From: Eutreptiella sp. 'Long Island Sound 2002'
Lineage: Eukaryota; Protista; Euglenida
DNA length: 64,000 nucleotides
Direction: 5' to 3'
Assembly (NCBI GenBank): GCA_964036045.1
Contig: OZ038379.1
Coordinates: 66,836,001 to 66,900,000 of the forward strand
The notes below the pieces were generated by a model. That model was given only the letters and a program-made list of their open reading frames with translations. It searched no databases and was not told the DNA's origin. The translations under genes and the position numbers were made by a program. This document shows, one piece after another, positions 48,140-61,356 of the stretch (its first letter is position 1; each line of letters starts with the position of its first letter).

Positions 48140-51100
48140 CCTTAGAGACCTATGTTAAACCCAATATGTTTAATATTTGGGGCAAAAATTAATGTGTTAA
48201 CCCAAAGTAGACCCTTTTTTTGGGGGGGTGGGGGGCGGACGGGAGAAACTCTTCCACCACGGGCTGCCCGACGGGATCAGGCCATTTTCACACGGGGGTT
48301 GGGGCGCGTGTCACCTGCTTCCATGGAAAAAAATATTAATATTGTCCCCTGGTTTAATTTTTGATTTTAATTGTTCGTTGAACATTTGAAATATTCAAAA
48401 TCAAAGCGCCGCCAACGTTCATATTAACATGTGAAATATTAACCCTAATTTCGAAAAATTGATTCTCCCAGAAATTCCCTACAACACACAACAACACACC
48501 AAATACCTTTCCAATGACTGCCGGTATTCATCACTAGCTCCAATGCAATTATAGCACCTGTACCACACGTGGTACCACCTGTAGGTGACACCTTTTGAGA
48601 CCCCTTTTTCGGGTCCCACAGTTGTCGGGTAGCCTCAAGGGTGGGGTTAGGAGTGCGGTTGTTTTGTTCTTTGGGGTTAGTCGGGGGTTAGTTTTGGGGT
48701 TTGTCGGGGGGTTAGTTTTGCGGTCAAGCATGGGGTTAGTCTTCGGGTCAGGCTAGCCCGAAGCCTTGAGGGGGGGGGGGGCGTGGCTTTTTGCTTGCCC
48801 TTGCGAACACGGTCCAAATGTTCTTGGGCACCTTGGGGGGTGCGGAAGAGGAGGCCACGGGCCACCTCATAGAACTTCCTCCGGTGGACACCAGTGACGG
48901 TGCCCACCTCCACACCCGTGGGGTACGGGACGTGCAATTTGGTGCCGACGAGGGGGTCATCGGCTCCACCCCCCGCCCTCTTGGGGGGGGTTGTCTTGGG
49001 GGCGGGGCTGGCCTTTGTGGGCGGGGAGGGGGGCGTTTCTTGTTGGGGGCGGGGGGGTTGCTTCATCCGATGAGTCATCGGACTCAAAAAGCCATCTACA
49101 AGTTTTCTTGTCACCGGTTTTGCTGATTTGGGGTTTGGGGGGTGGTGGTTTGGCCTTGGGGGGGGGAGACTCCTGTTTCATCTGTTCCTCACCCTCCCAA
49201 TCATCGCCCACCGTCCGTGTCCACATCCCCTCATCCTCCGCCCCTGTGTACCCCATCTGCCCTAACGTGACCCACTCCCCAGCCCTGTACCTCCCTACAC
49301 CCACCCACACCTCCCCACAGACCCTCACCTGCACCCAATCCCTCAACCCCCTCAAGAAGGCGCACCCTAGGGGCAGGTTGGCGGCGATGAGACAGTGCAA
49401 GTGCCGAAGTGGCACCTCATGCGCCGCATCGCAGTCTCGCCGAACACACACGCACGGGACGCGTGTCCGTGGCGTTGATCACCACGTCCGTCACCTGCCA
49501 TGAGACAGGCAGGACAACATTTAATTTTTATGACGACTCTTTCAATTTTTCGAAATAAACATTAACTCTTGATTTTAATTTTTGCGCCAGCGATCGAAAA
49601 CTTAAACGTTAACCTACAAAAGTTAACCCAAAAACTCGAAACATTGACTAACAAACAAGCGCATATGCCTCATGCTAGACACGGGAGGGGACCCTGTCCC
49701 TCCGCCTTGCGTGTGGTGCAAAGGGGAGGAAAACTTGTCCCGTCGTCCTATGCTCTGGTGCACAAGGGAGGTCATTGTGTCCCTCTGTCTTGTGTTTAGG
49801 TGCACATGGGAGAGGAACCTATCCCTTCGCCCTGTGCTGTGGTGCATAGGTGAGGGGAACCTGTCCCTCCGCCCCGTGCTGTGGTGCACAAGGGAGGGGA
49901 ACCAGTCCCACGCTCTGTGCTATGGTGCACAGGGGAGGGGGACTTGTCCCCGCGTTCTGTTCTGTGGTGCACAGGGAACGGGAACTTGTCCCCTCGTCCT
50001 GATCTGTGGTGCAGAGGGGAGGGGAACCCGTCGATCTGTCCTGTGCTAAGGTGCACATGGGAGGGGCACCTGTCCCTCCGCGCTCTGCTGTGGTGCATAG
50101 GGCAGGGGAACCTGTCCCTCCGCCCTGTGCTATGGTGCACAGGGGAGGGGAACTTTTCCCTCCGCTCCTTGCTGTCGTGCACAGCAAAGGGGAACCTATC
50201 CCTCCGCCCTATGCTGTGTTGCACAGGGGTGGGGAACCTGTCCCTCCGCCCTGTGCTGTGCTGCAGAGGGGAGGAGAACCTGTCCCTCCGCCCTGTGTTG
50301 TGGTCCACTGGGGAGGGGAACTGGACCCTCCGCCCTGTGCTGTGGTGCACAGGGGAGGGGAACCTCTCCTTGTGCCTTGCACTGTGGTGCAGAGGGGTGG
50401 GGACCCTGTCCCTCCACCATGTGCTGTGTTTCACAAGGGAGGTGAACCTCCCCCTCCGTCCTTGGCTATGGTGCACAGGGGACCGGAACCTGTCACCCCG
50501 CGCCGTGCTATGGTAGACAGGGAATGGAACCGTGTCCCTGTGCCTTGTGTGTGATGCACAGGGGAGGAGAACGAGTCCCTCCACCCAATGCTGTGGTGCA
50601 CAGGGGTGGGGAACCTGTCCTTCCGCCCGGTGCCGTGGTGCCGAGGGGAGGACAACTTGTCCCTCCGCCGTGAGGTGTGGTGCACAGGGGAGGGGAACTA
50701 GTCCCTCCGCCCTCTAAATTGGTGCACAGCGGAGGGGAACCTCTACATTCACCGTATGCTGTGGTGCACAGCGAAGGGGGCCCCGTCCCTGCGCCCTAAA
50801 GTACGGTGCACATGGGAGGGGAACTTGACCCTCCACCCTTTGCTGTGGTGCATAGGGGAGGAGAACCTACCCCTCCGTCCTGGGCTGTGGTGCAAAGGGG
50901 AGGGCAACCTGTCCCTCCGCCCCATGCTGTGGTGCACAGGGGAGGTGAAGCAGTCTCTCCGTCTTGTGCTTTGGTGCACAGGGCAGGGGAACCTGTCCCA
51001 CTGCCTTAAGCTGTGGTACACAGGGCAGGGGAACCTGTCCCCCGTGCTGTGCTGTGGTGCATCGCGGAGGGGAAACCGTCCCTCCGCCCTGTGCTGTGCT

Positions 51101-52720
51101 GCACGTGGGAGGTGAACCTCCCCCTTCGTCCTTAGCTATGGTGCACACGGGAGGAGAACGTGTCCCCCCCACCTGTGTTTTGGTCCACAGGAGAAGGGAA
51201 CCTTTCCACTCAATGTGCGCAGCAGCCGGGCTGTGCCCCGTGTAGCACTTGTATGGCCCCTTGAAGGGTAATGGAGCGACCTCTTGGCAGCGGTGCGGAT
51301 GCAGTGCCACAACAATTGCCGAGTGTGCGTTGCAGCTTGAGTGCGTGAGGATCCCCATAGCCCCTCGGTGGAAAGAGCGCGTGGGTTGGCGGCAATGCAA
51401 CAACAGAGCCAGAGCTGCATCCATACGCCGGGTGCATCAGCAGCGGTACGTGTGCTGCGGCCCGGGTGCAGCTATGCAGCACTTCCATAGCCCCTCGATT
51501 GGCAACGCGGCGGGAGTTGGCTGCAGTGGCGCAACACCCACCGTACCCTCCACCCTGTGCTGATGTGCACAGGGTTGGAGGCCCAATCCTTCCACTCTGT
51601 GCTGGCATGCACATGGATGGAGAGCGTTTCTCCGCCCTGTGCTAAATGCACAAGGTTGGGGGCCATGCCCTTCACCCTCTGCTGACGTGCATGGCCTCCC
51701 CCCCCCCGCGGGTAGCCGCGAGGAGTCCCCCACGACGAGGCAGGTATTGGTTGCCTCCCCCCTCCCTCCCCTACAAGCGCGCCCAGTCCACCCCCCCTCC
51801 CTGCCCACGGCACGGCGGTTGGCCTGCCTCCCCCCGCCCCCTGGCCCGCGTGGGCGGATGGGGTGTGCATCACTCCCGCCGGCCGATATGCAGAGTCGTC
51901 GGGAAGCCATCGTGCGCCCCCGACGCGGCTTGTGAGCCTCAAAATCGGCCCTCTACACAAATCAAGTCAAATCAACCCCATCGCCCCCCCCTTGTCTACC
52001 ACCTCCTCCCCACTTGCCACCGCCTTGACATCCCCCCTCCGCTGGCCTGGCTGTCACCCTGGCTCTCTCTCCTTCTCTTCTTCTCTCCCCTCTTCTCCTT
52101 CTTCCTCACCTTGTGCTCCCGCCGCCAGTCAGAGGAGTCGTCGCTTGACCGCTCTCCCCCTTGACTCGGCCTGGGAGCTCTCGTTGGTGGTGGTGGTGGT
52201 GGCGGTGGTGCAGCTGGAGCTGCTGCAGCGGCTGGAGCTGCCACGGCTTGCAAGCGTTGCTACATATGGGACATCTGCAAGAAAGAAATAACCCTAATAT
52301 TAACTAATATATTAGATATTAAAAGTCGCCGGCGTTAATATCAACCTACAAAAATTAATTGAAATTGCCCTAAATTGGCGAACACAAAAAGCAAACAAGA
52401 GGGCCTTCAGCTTGTCTTGGTCCATGAGGTAGCAAAACCGAGAGCTAGGGGACGGGTCCAAAAGGAGGAGGGCGGGAGATTTTGGGTGGCCAGTGCATGG
52501 GGCCATATGTGGTGCGGCATGGTGTTGTAACAGAAGGTCAAATTTCGAAAACCACCACTCCCACGTTTGCAAAACCACCTCCGCCTCCCGTTCGAATGCC
52601 ATAGCCCCCTGCATTCCCCCCGGGCCGTGTGGTCGTTGTACGCCCGCTTGAGGATGGTGTTGAGGCTCTAAATGACATCGGCACACACCGCGCCCAACTC
52701 GACCCCAAGCCGCGGCGCAT
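48140..52720 (-). mobile_element. Transposon copy B (same family), 5'-truncated, minus strand
   Basis: TIR cctTAGAGACCtatgttaaacccaatatg at 48140; 48230-48340 matches the reverse complement of 46570-46690. It carries the Tudor-like exon and the transposase C-terminus GVELGAVCADVI*SLNTILKRAYNDHTAR at ~52620-52710. Confidence 0.8.
49680..51200. repeat. 42-bp minisatellite (~35 units) inside copy B
   Basis: Unit ctgtgctgtggtgcacaggggaggggaacctgtccctccgcc; 14-aa periodicity in all open frames. Confidence 0.95.
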
Positions 52721-52860
52721 TGAAACAACTTATTTGGGGCTAAGTGGTGTTTTTCAAGAGATTTCATGTGAAAACTTTTGGCTTTCGGGGCTTGAGTGGG
52801 GTTAGAGATGTCCCCAAAGGGATCCCAATCCCTAGTCCAAGGGTATTCGACCAGGCGGGT

Positions 52861-53050
52861 ATTTTTTTTTTGACGGCTTAGTTGAGTGAGCACCCCGACT
52901 GAGCTGTCACTGAGCCGCTACTGAGCCGTCACTGAGCCGGCTCACTTAGCTCTCACTTAGCTCTTACTTAGCTCTCACTGAGGGCGCCAAATGGCTCACT
53001 AAGCGGTCACTGAGAGCTAATTAGGGGCTCACTCAGGGCTCGCTCAGCAG
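52861..53050. repeat. Orphan TIR-like end resembling that of the 2061-3706 element, with short cactgagc/cacttagc subrepeats
   Basis: Begins ttttttttgacggc...ccccgactga, similar to 2061 ttttttttcgacggc...ccccggctga; no partner end was found. Confidence 0.45.
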
Positions 53051-53399
53051 TTTCTCCCCCTTTCTGCCCACTCTTCACACCCTTGCGGGCCCACGCTTCA
53101 CCCTTTTCACACCAACATCGGTCCGCAGCTGTCCCCATGTCGTTTCTCCAAGAACTTGACCGTGCCTGCAAACATACATACTTGCATACATGTACCCACC
53201 GCGACAAACACACAAACATCCAAACACACAGACACACACACAGGTCGTGAGGAACACAAATGTCCAAACACATACACACACATACGGCCATACACACGTC
53301 CACACACACATGCACATGCACAAATTGACAACCACATTCAGTCTTGTGTGCAATTCTGTGTCTCCATATAGCCCATGGTAGGCTCAATTTACAATATGG

Positions 53400-53990
53400 G
53401 TGAGTGGGACAAGGTTGCAGTGGCGTAGGTGAGAGCGGTGTCCCGCTGCACATTGGAGGAAGAGGCGCTGGCCCCTCCCCGCTATCAGGAGACGGGCCTC
53501 GACTTGGAGAATGGGGGGTACGTAGGAGACCCGCACGTTGTGGTGGAGCGGTGCTTGGTCTTCCTATGCATACTCCAGTGTTGCATGGTCATGGGCCGCC
53601 TCCAAGTGGCCTTCATTGAGACCCGCCGAGGGGACCTTCCCGAGGACAACGCCGTGGCCGTGCAACGCGCGCTCTACCGGGCTCGGACCGGCGTCACGTT
53701 GAGGTTCTCGGCTTCGCCCGACGGAGACGAGGCACGGGCGTTGTTCCTCACAAGGGAGGAACTCGGGCCACTATTGGTCTACGCCCGGAGGATGATGAGT
53801 GGCAAGCGGTGGTTGCCATGTGAGACCTCCTCCAGGACTTGTACTCGGATACCCAACCGGGCGCCAACCTACGGACTGCGGAGGTCACGCGGGCGTACCG
53901 CATGCATTGTTGCAAGGCCGGCAGCCAATCGAACTACCTCTTCTATAAGGGGGGGGATGTGACGGTGGCGGTGGGTATTTAAAGCGCCAA
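53400..53990 (+). pseudogene. Transposase exon-2 fragment (copy D) of the same family
   Basis: PPRYQETGLDLENGGYVGDPHVVVERCLVFLCILQCCMVMGRLQVAFIE...PDGDEARALF is colinear with 37990-38470. Confidence 0.8.
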
Positions 53991-54409
53991 GCACCAGCTT
54001 TCACCACAACTTTGTTTTGTGGAATTTTACCACACCAGCACAGAATTAGAAGGCCGAGGTGTGGCACTTGGGGACAAATAACGGTGTAATTCATGGTGCA
54101 AAAAACCGCTCGAAAATTGCTTGGAAGTTTTTGAAATCCCTTGGAAAGATGCTCAGAAGTTTTGGCGGCCAGATCGGCCCCCCGAATGCAACCAATATCG
54201 CTAGGAATGTTCCGTTGGCTTCCGAGCCAACCAAGCGGAGGTAGCTCGGAAGAAATGTTGGTTGAGATTTCTCAGATCAACCTTGCAATATGAGTGCCAT
54301 TTGCTGAGCATAAATGCTGACCATCCCCAAATATCCTGAGCAATATCATCAGCATTTTCCATCCATTTTTTACCTTCTATGATGTACGTTCTAGCGCCAT
54401 ATGAGGTCC

Positions 54410-54990
54410 GCAGGGGCGGCGCCATCCCCCCCTAGTGCCCTTGTGATAAAGGAAGTTTGGGAAATTCGTGAAAGAAGGGGAGGCGCCCCAGGCCACGGAT
54501 CTTTGTCCGCGAGAGACCACGGGTGTCTTTTAGAGGGAGCCAGCGCCGCAGCCGGCGGAAAGGCCCAGAGTCCTCCGCTATAGTGCTAACTGCGCCGAGA
54601 CAACGGCACCTACCCCGCGCTCCGCGGATGAGGAATTTTGGCTCTCCATGAAAGAAGGGGAGGTTCCCAGCCCACGGGTCCAGGTCCGCGGGGGGCGTCA
54701 TCCCTTCCAGTGCCCTTGGATAAGGAAATTTGGACATCTGTGACAGAAGGGGAGCCCCCCCTCAGGAAATGGGTCTTTTTCCGCGGGGGGGCGGCATCCC
54801 CACCCAGTGCCCGCCGGTACTTTGAAAGGTGGGGAGGCCGCCCACGCTGCGGGTCTATATTCTTGGGGGGCGCCATGCCCTCCGGAGCCTCCACGGGTGC
54901 AGCAATGTGAAAGCAGGGGAGGCCCCCCAAGACACTTGTCCGCGGGGGGCGCCATCCCCCTTGGGGACCCTAGTTGCCCTTTGGGATCTA
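54410..54990. repeat. Degenerate GC-rich repeats (ggggcg..catcccc..agtgccc; aaagaaggggagg)
   Basis: The motifs recur at ~54413, 54691, 54785, 54866 and 54944. Confidence 0.55.
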
Positions 54991-55759
54991 TATGTATGAA
55001 GTAAAGTAGCTGTATAAACAAAGGACTACAGTATTGTATAATGTAAACCTCTGCTCAGCAGCCAAGGAGGGCCGGAAGAACGGGTAAAAGCCCCGGATCC
55101 CCCAACGGCAGCCCCAATGGTGAGCGTACCACCAGAGGGGGCATATCTGCGGGGTAACGATGTGCATAATTATTAACGTAATAATTAGTGTTTACTGCCG
55201 TAAATAATGCTTAAAGGGTAAAAGGGCCTCCCCTAGGCCCACTTACCTGCGCCCCCCAGAGCCAAACTCAACTGGCGGTGTTGAGGCGAGCCCAAAGTCT
55301 GGATATGACGGGCCACACGTAAGTGCTGGTGGTCACGCCTCTCTGTTTCCCCGCAAAGCCCTAAGGACCATATTGTTCGGGAGTTAAGCCCCGGCGGGCC
55401 TTAAGGTTCTGGTTCAGAGGACTCACGTTGAGTCCCAGCTACTGTTACCCCGGGGTTATGACCCCTGGTACTGCCTGCCTACCTCGCCCTCTGCTTCTTA
55501 GGATACCCAAGGGGAGCAGAATGCACCCCCGTTGACAGCTCGAGAGGCGAAGCGCTAGTACGGTCTTCGGACCGGAGGACCCGCCCCGGAGCTCCACGGA
55601 AGGGGGTGCCGAAGGACGGGTCTCAGCAACGGCCGCCGGGAGGGCGGGGCCCAACCCCCCCCCCCCCCGACCGGTAGGGTCGTGCCGCTCCAGACCACCG
55701 CTCACTGCGGAGGTATGCCGCTTGGGTTGCCCGTTCCGAAGGGCCTCCCCACCCTACGG

Positions 55760-57331
55760 CTCGCGGGCCCAGGCCTTGGGGGATAGGGTAGCCCGGGGGA
55801 GGCTAAGACGCGCTGGGAGGTCCAGCTCCCCCACACGGCAACAAGCGCACCCGAGTCCCTCCGGTCCTGCTTGGGCCGTCTGTGGAATATGGGCGCCCTA
55901 GGGGTCGGGTATCCCTTTTGTTCCTTTCTATGTCCCCTCCTCCCCCCACACAGTGATGGACACACCCGAGTTTCCCCGGCCCTGCCCGGGACCTTCTGGG
56001 ATTGGGGACACCCGTGGGGGTCCATGCGCGTGCCAACTTACATTCCTTCCCCACATAGCGGAAGATACACCCGAGTCCCTCCGGTCCTGCCTCGGCCATC
56101 TGGGGGATAGGGACGCCCCGTGGGAGCATTTGCAGGTTGCCCTCTCCGTCTCCCCACACAGCGGGGGATACACCAGAGTCCCTCCGGTCCTTCCTGGGCC
56201 GTTTGGGGGATAGGGACGCCGCGTGGGAGAACAAGGTATCCACAGGGCCCAGCCACTCCCACACAACGGCACATACACCCGAATCCCTCCGGTCCTCCCT
56301 GGGCCGCTTGGGGGATAGGGACGCCCCGTGGGAGCACTTGTGCGGTGCCCTCTCCGCCCCCCCACACAGCGGCCGATACACCCGAGTCCCTCCGGTCCTG
56401 CTTGGACTATTAGGGGGATAAGGACGCCCCGTCTGAGAACAAGGTATGCACAGGGCCCAGCCACTTCCACACAGCGGCGAAGACACCCGAGTCCCTCCCG
56501 TCTTGCCCCGGCCGTTTGGGGGATAGGGACGCCCCATGGGAGAACGAGGAGACACAAAGTCCAGCCATTCCCACACATCACCGGATACACCGAGTCCCTC
56601 CGGTCCTGCCTTGGCCGCTTGGGGGATAGGGACGCCCCATGGGAGAACGAGGTATGCAGAGGGCCCGACCACTCCCACACAGCAGCGGATACACCCGAGT
56701 CCCTCAGGGCCTACGTGGGCCGCTTGGGGAATAGGGACGCCCCGTGGGAGACCGACGTCCGCACAGGGTCCAGGCACTCCCACACAACGGCGGATACACC
56801 CGACTCCCTCCGGTCCTGCCCGGGCTGCTTGGGGGATAGGGACGCCCCGTGGGAGAACGAGGAGACACAAGGTCCAACCATTCCCACAAAGCGGCGGATA
56901 CACCCGAGTCCCTCCGGCCCTGCCTAGGCCGCTTGGGGGATAGGGACGCCCTGTGGGAGCACAAGGAGACACAAGGTACAGCCATTCCCACATAGCGGCG
57001 GATACACCCGAGTCCCTCCGATCCTGCTGCGGCCGCTTGGGGTATAGGGGTGCCCCGTGGGAGAACGAGGTATGCACAGAGCCCAACCACTCCCACACAG
57101 CGGCAGATACACCCGAGTCCCTCCGGTCCTGCCTGGGCCGCTTGGAGGATAGGGACGCCCCGTGGGAGAAGGAGGATACAAAGTTCCAACCCCGTGGTAA
57201 CATTTGCACATAGCCCTCTCCGTCCCCCCACACAGCGGCGGATATACCTGAGTTTCTTCGGTCTTGCCTGGGCCGTTTGGGGGATAGGGACGCCCCGTGG
57301 GAGGACAAGGTATGCAAAGGGCCCAACCACT
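55760..57331. repeat. ~105-bp satellite, left part
   Basis: gggacgcccc recurs about every 104-105 bp; unit includes cactcccacacagcggcggatacacccgagtccctccggtcctgcctgggccgcttgggggataggg. Confidence 0.93.
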
Positions 57332-57646
57332 CCCTAGAGACCCACGATAAATCCAAGATGTTATATTTTCCATTTTAATTTTTGAAAGGTGTTACATGTT
57401 AAAACGATAAATGTTAACATGTCAAACAAGAATGCCTGGTATTTTCTAGATTTTAAACTATTTGCGGCGTCAATTGCATTGCCATGCCAGGGTCTTGAGG
57501 GGGTTTAATGTCGTAGAATGTTGCGCAATGGGTTTGTAGAGATGGGTGGTTGCCTAAAGGTTGGGTGTCCAACCCTTAGTCCTCTTCTTTGTGCCCACCG
57601 CCAACCCCACCCTCCACACCCCCTTTTCTCTAGTGTACCACTTGTT

Positions 57647-59375
57647 ATGCCTTTCCCTCAAGGCACTATTCTCGATCTTAGCATGACGCTTGTGCGTTTG
57701 AGTGGAGCAAAGATTTTGCGGGACTCTTTGGTATCCCGACTCCTTGGTGAGTGGGTGCCTTCATCTCCCTTGGCCCGGGCCCGATGGTCGAAGGCCACAG
57801 ACGTTGGCTACCCCTCCCTTATTCGTACTAATGAAATGGAGGTGGTGAAACAATAGGCCACCTTCCTTTTTCCCGCGCCCAATTTTATTGGGCTCCTCAT
57901 GGACCTCAATGTCACAAAGACGAGGTTCCGCCACCTATTCGAGTTCATGACCCGGCGCGGATTTGACTATACGGCCGCTACGTGCCACACTTTCCCGCAA
58001 TCCATCCCACGCGACAAGCCTTCTTGCACATGTGGAAGGATATGGCTAAGCCGCTAGAGTTGAGGCCCGCCGTGAAAGTGGACGACCCACGCGCTAGTGG
58101 CCGCAGTTGGCCCGTGCACTCATGGGCCCGCTACATTCAATTGCGCCCACCACTAGTGGACGCCATTGATTGGGACCGGCCCCTCACGTTTTTTGAGCGC
58201 CGGGAGGCCTACCTGTGTGCCGGTGGGAATTGGACCCAGTTGTCCATTGGGCTCCTCAACCACGGCAACGGGGCCGCACACCCGCCTACTTGTGGGTCAT
58301 CGGGATGGCCGTGTCCGGCGACAAAGACGTGGCCGCTTTGGCCACTATTTGGGCCGAGAACTTTCAGGTACTTGGCGCTTTTGTGTCGCATTTAATTCGG
58401 GCCTGCTTCGTTTCAAAATTCCTCGTTTAAAAGCAAAAGGTTGCTTAAAATTTAAGCCGATTGGAATTTGAAACTAAAATTTACACGAAAAAGTGATGAC
58501 CGGATATCAATGCACACACTCTTTTGTAGGTGTTGCAGTCGATTCACGACTCCAAATGTTTCTGTTGGGTCTCCAGCTGGGTACTTACGGCGCTGGTCCT
58601 TGGGGGTGACTACCGGCACGTCGCTTTTGTTGAGGCGCGCCTTGAGTCACTCCCCAAGGAGAATGTGGAGGCCGTGCAACGGTTGTTGTACCGGGCATGC
58701 ACGGGGGTGAAGCTGGGTGCCACCGCCGCACCCGATGGGGAGGAGGCTAGGGCCCTCTTCCTTGCATGGGAGAAGATGGGCCCACTATTGGCCTACACGC
58801 GGGAGGACCCCGAATTGCAAGCCGTTGTTGCCATGAGGGATCTACTTCGGGAATTGTACACCGACACACCCCCTCTCAATGACCTGGGGGCGTCTGCTGT
58901 TCGCGCGGCAGTACCGTGCACGGTGCTAAAAGGCCGCCTGCCATTCCAACTAGCTCCTCTACCTGGAGGAGGATGTGACCACGGCAGTGGCTAATGCAGC
59001 ACGTTTGGGGGTGGGGTTGGGGGCGGTGTGTGCGGATGTGGTAGGGGGCCTAAATGCCATTTTAAAACCGGTCTACAACGATCACACGGCCCGGGGGGGG
59101 GGGGGGGCGGATGCCGGGGGCCACATCCCTAGAAAGGGAGGCGGGGGTAGTTTAGCAAGTATGGGAAGGGTGGTTTGTGAAATTTGATCTACCCCTTAGG
59201 ACCCTACGAACCCCGCATGTGGCCCCATGTTCAACGGCCACGCTCGAGTCTATCCATAGCCCCCCACTCATGTCCGTTTCCCTTGCACCCCCAGCTCCTG
59301 TAAGCCCTATCCATGGACCCAGCCGCAGTGGACGCGTTGATGACCAAGATGTTCGAAGAGATGAGCGACAAAGTG
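57647..59375 (+). pseudogene. RAG1/Transib-like transposase, copy C (exons 57647-58367 and 58530-59375), internally deleted
   Basis: Colinear with copy A; GT donor at 58368, AG acceptor at 58529; LVLGGDYRH then jumps to VAFVEARL; ADVVGGLNAILK. Confidence 0.65.
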
Positions 59376-60300
59376 GTATGTGCTTGCGTGTGCGTGTGTT
59401 TGCTTGCCTATGAAGCGAATTTGTAGCCCGTACTTTTGGTTTAAAATTTCACAAGGGGCGTCGCCTTTCTTGGTTTAATTTTACCACCGGCGGTCGTTTA
59501 ACATTTAAAATTTAAGCTAAAAATGAAGTATTACCAGACCAACCAATTTTTTCTGACCCCAGCAAGGGTCACTACACCCTGCGCTGGGTCATGCGCCGAC
59601 TTTTTGGTGCCTAATTAGGAAAATTAGGGAGGGCAAGGGGGAGTGGCGGAGGGATGCTTCCAAAGGGGGCGCCGGGCACTGGCAGCCAGTGCCGGGCGGT
59701 CCCATGTCCCCCCTGCCCGAGAGGAACACCTGGGGGTTCCTAGGGGCCCTCAACCTGCTGGCCGCCCCCTTGGGGGTCTGGTTTGGCCCCGGCCACTGCC
59801 TGGTGTTCCTCCAACACTGGGTAGCCCTTGGCTAGTGCCAACAGTGGCGGCAGGGCAAGTCGGTGCAATTTGCACGGTCGTGGTCTGCCGTGATGTCCCA
59901 GTCCCCCCCCCCCCTACAATCCAGCGGCCTAGCACACCTACGAAGGGCTTTAGCCTGAGTCGCTGACAACCCGCAGCTTGGTTGCCGTCACTCGGACGGC
60001 ACCCCCAGCTGCCACCACCGCCAACAACGCCTACGCCGCCGATCCCGTAGAGGCTCCTAGCCCTGCCTCAAGCTTTACGCGGACGATGGGGGTGCTGCAT
60101 GCTCTGGGGTTCCCAGAAGTTCAAAAGGTATGTGTGTGTATGCGTGTGTTTGTGTGTGTTTAATTTTTAGGACGCTTCGTTTAAAACCGTTGGTTTAATA
60201 TTTGAAATTTCGATGGGCTCTTCAAAAATTACAAGTTAACGTGAAAAATTAATGGAAAAAATTTGAAAAAGTGGTCCGAAAAATTTAGTTTGTCCCCCAG

Positions 60301-61356
60301 ACCAGGACCACCGCCCGTTGTGTTCCAACTCAAGGATGTGGCGGTCTGCGGGGACGATGTGTGCCCCGTCCGCGTCGTTTGGAGCGACAAGGACGGGGAG
60401 CGGAGCCTGGGGTTGATAGGGCTCCACAAGGTCCTTGCCCAAGACCCCACGCTTAGGCTGGCCTTGGTCCGCGGCTTGAAGGAGGGGGAGCACGGCCGCC
60501 AATGCCCGGAGCTGTGGGACCCCTGCAGGCCCTACAAGCGCACCTCGTAGGCACACTTGGGCGTGGTAGGGTGGTTGGGGTGTTGAGGATGCAAGGGCTT
60601 TGGTGGCGGATGGGAGGTGGGGAGGCAAGGGAGGTGAAGGAAGAAAGGGAGGGGACAAGCACCACCACCTCCTCCAACCCCCCTCCTCCAAGCCTAAGCC
60701 CCCCCCCCCCCCGCAAGAATGGCAAGGGCAAAGCCCCCCCTCGCAAAGAAGCGGAAGCGCCTCTTCCTCTTCGTCGTCCTCCGGCGAAGACGGCCCCCGG
60801 AACAACAAGCCTTCGCCAAAGTCAAAGGCTGCCCCCGCCCCAAGAGAGAAGGGGCGGGAGAAGAAGGCGGTGGGGGGTGGGAAAGAAGCGGGGGCGGCGA
60901 AGAAGGAGGAAGGGGGGAGGACCACCCGATCCTCTCGTCGGAACCCCTGCCCACGTCCCGTACAGGGGCGTGGTAGAGGTGGGTACCATCACCGGTGTCC
61001 ACACCCGCAAGAGCGGGGTTGTTTGGGTGAGATACCCAAACAACCCCAAGCTCTATGAGGTGGAGCGCCACCTCATCTTTAGCACGGCCCAAGCCGTGCA
61101 GGCACACCTCCAAAAAGTGCGCAAGGGCAGGACACCCACCACCAACCCCCCCCCCCCCGTCCAACGAAGCCAGCTAACCCCCCGACTAACCCCCAAGAAA
61201 ACCCTCAACCCAACCCAAATACCCCCACTAACCCACCTAACTCCCCAAGCAAAACCCAAGCTACCCCGGCGCTATGGGACCCGCAAACGGGCTCCCGGCA
61301 GGTTAAAAATGGCAACAATGGCCGGAATGGCCAAGAACTTGAGCTGTGAGGGCTAA
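60301..61356 (+). pseudogene. Terminal exon of copy C with Tudor/SH3-barrel-like domain and K/P-rich low-complexity flanks
   Basis: Acceptor cccccag at 60300; DPLVGTPAHVPYRGVVEVGTITGVHTRKSGVVWVRYPNNPKLYEVERHLIF at 60928-61080. Confidence 0.5.

Noticed and set aside
53075-53400. Cys/Val- and His/Thr-rich ORFs
   Set aside because: CA/GT low-complexity sequence.
55803-57356. 517-aa ORF
   Set aside because: It is a stop-free reading of a 105-bp (35-codon) GC-rich repeat with several frames open; there is no evidence of coding.
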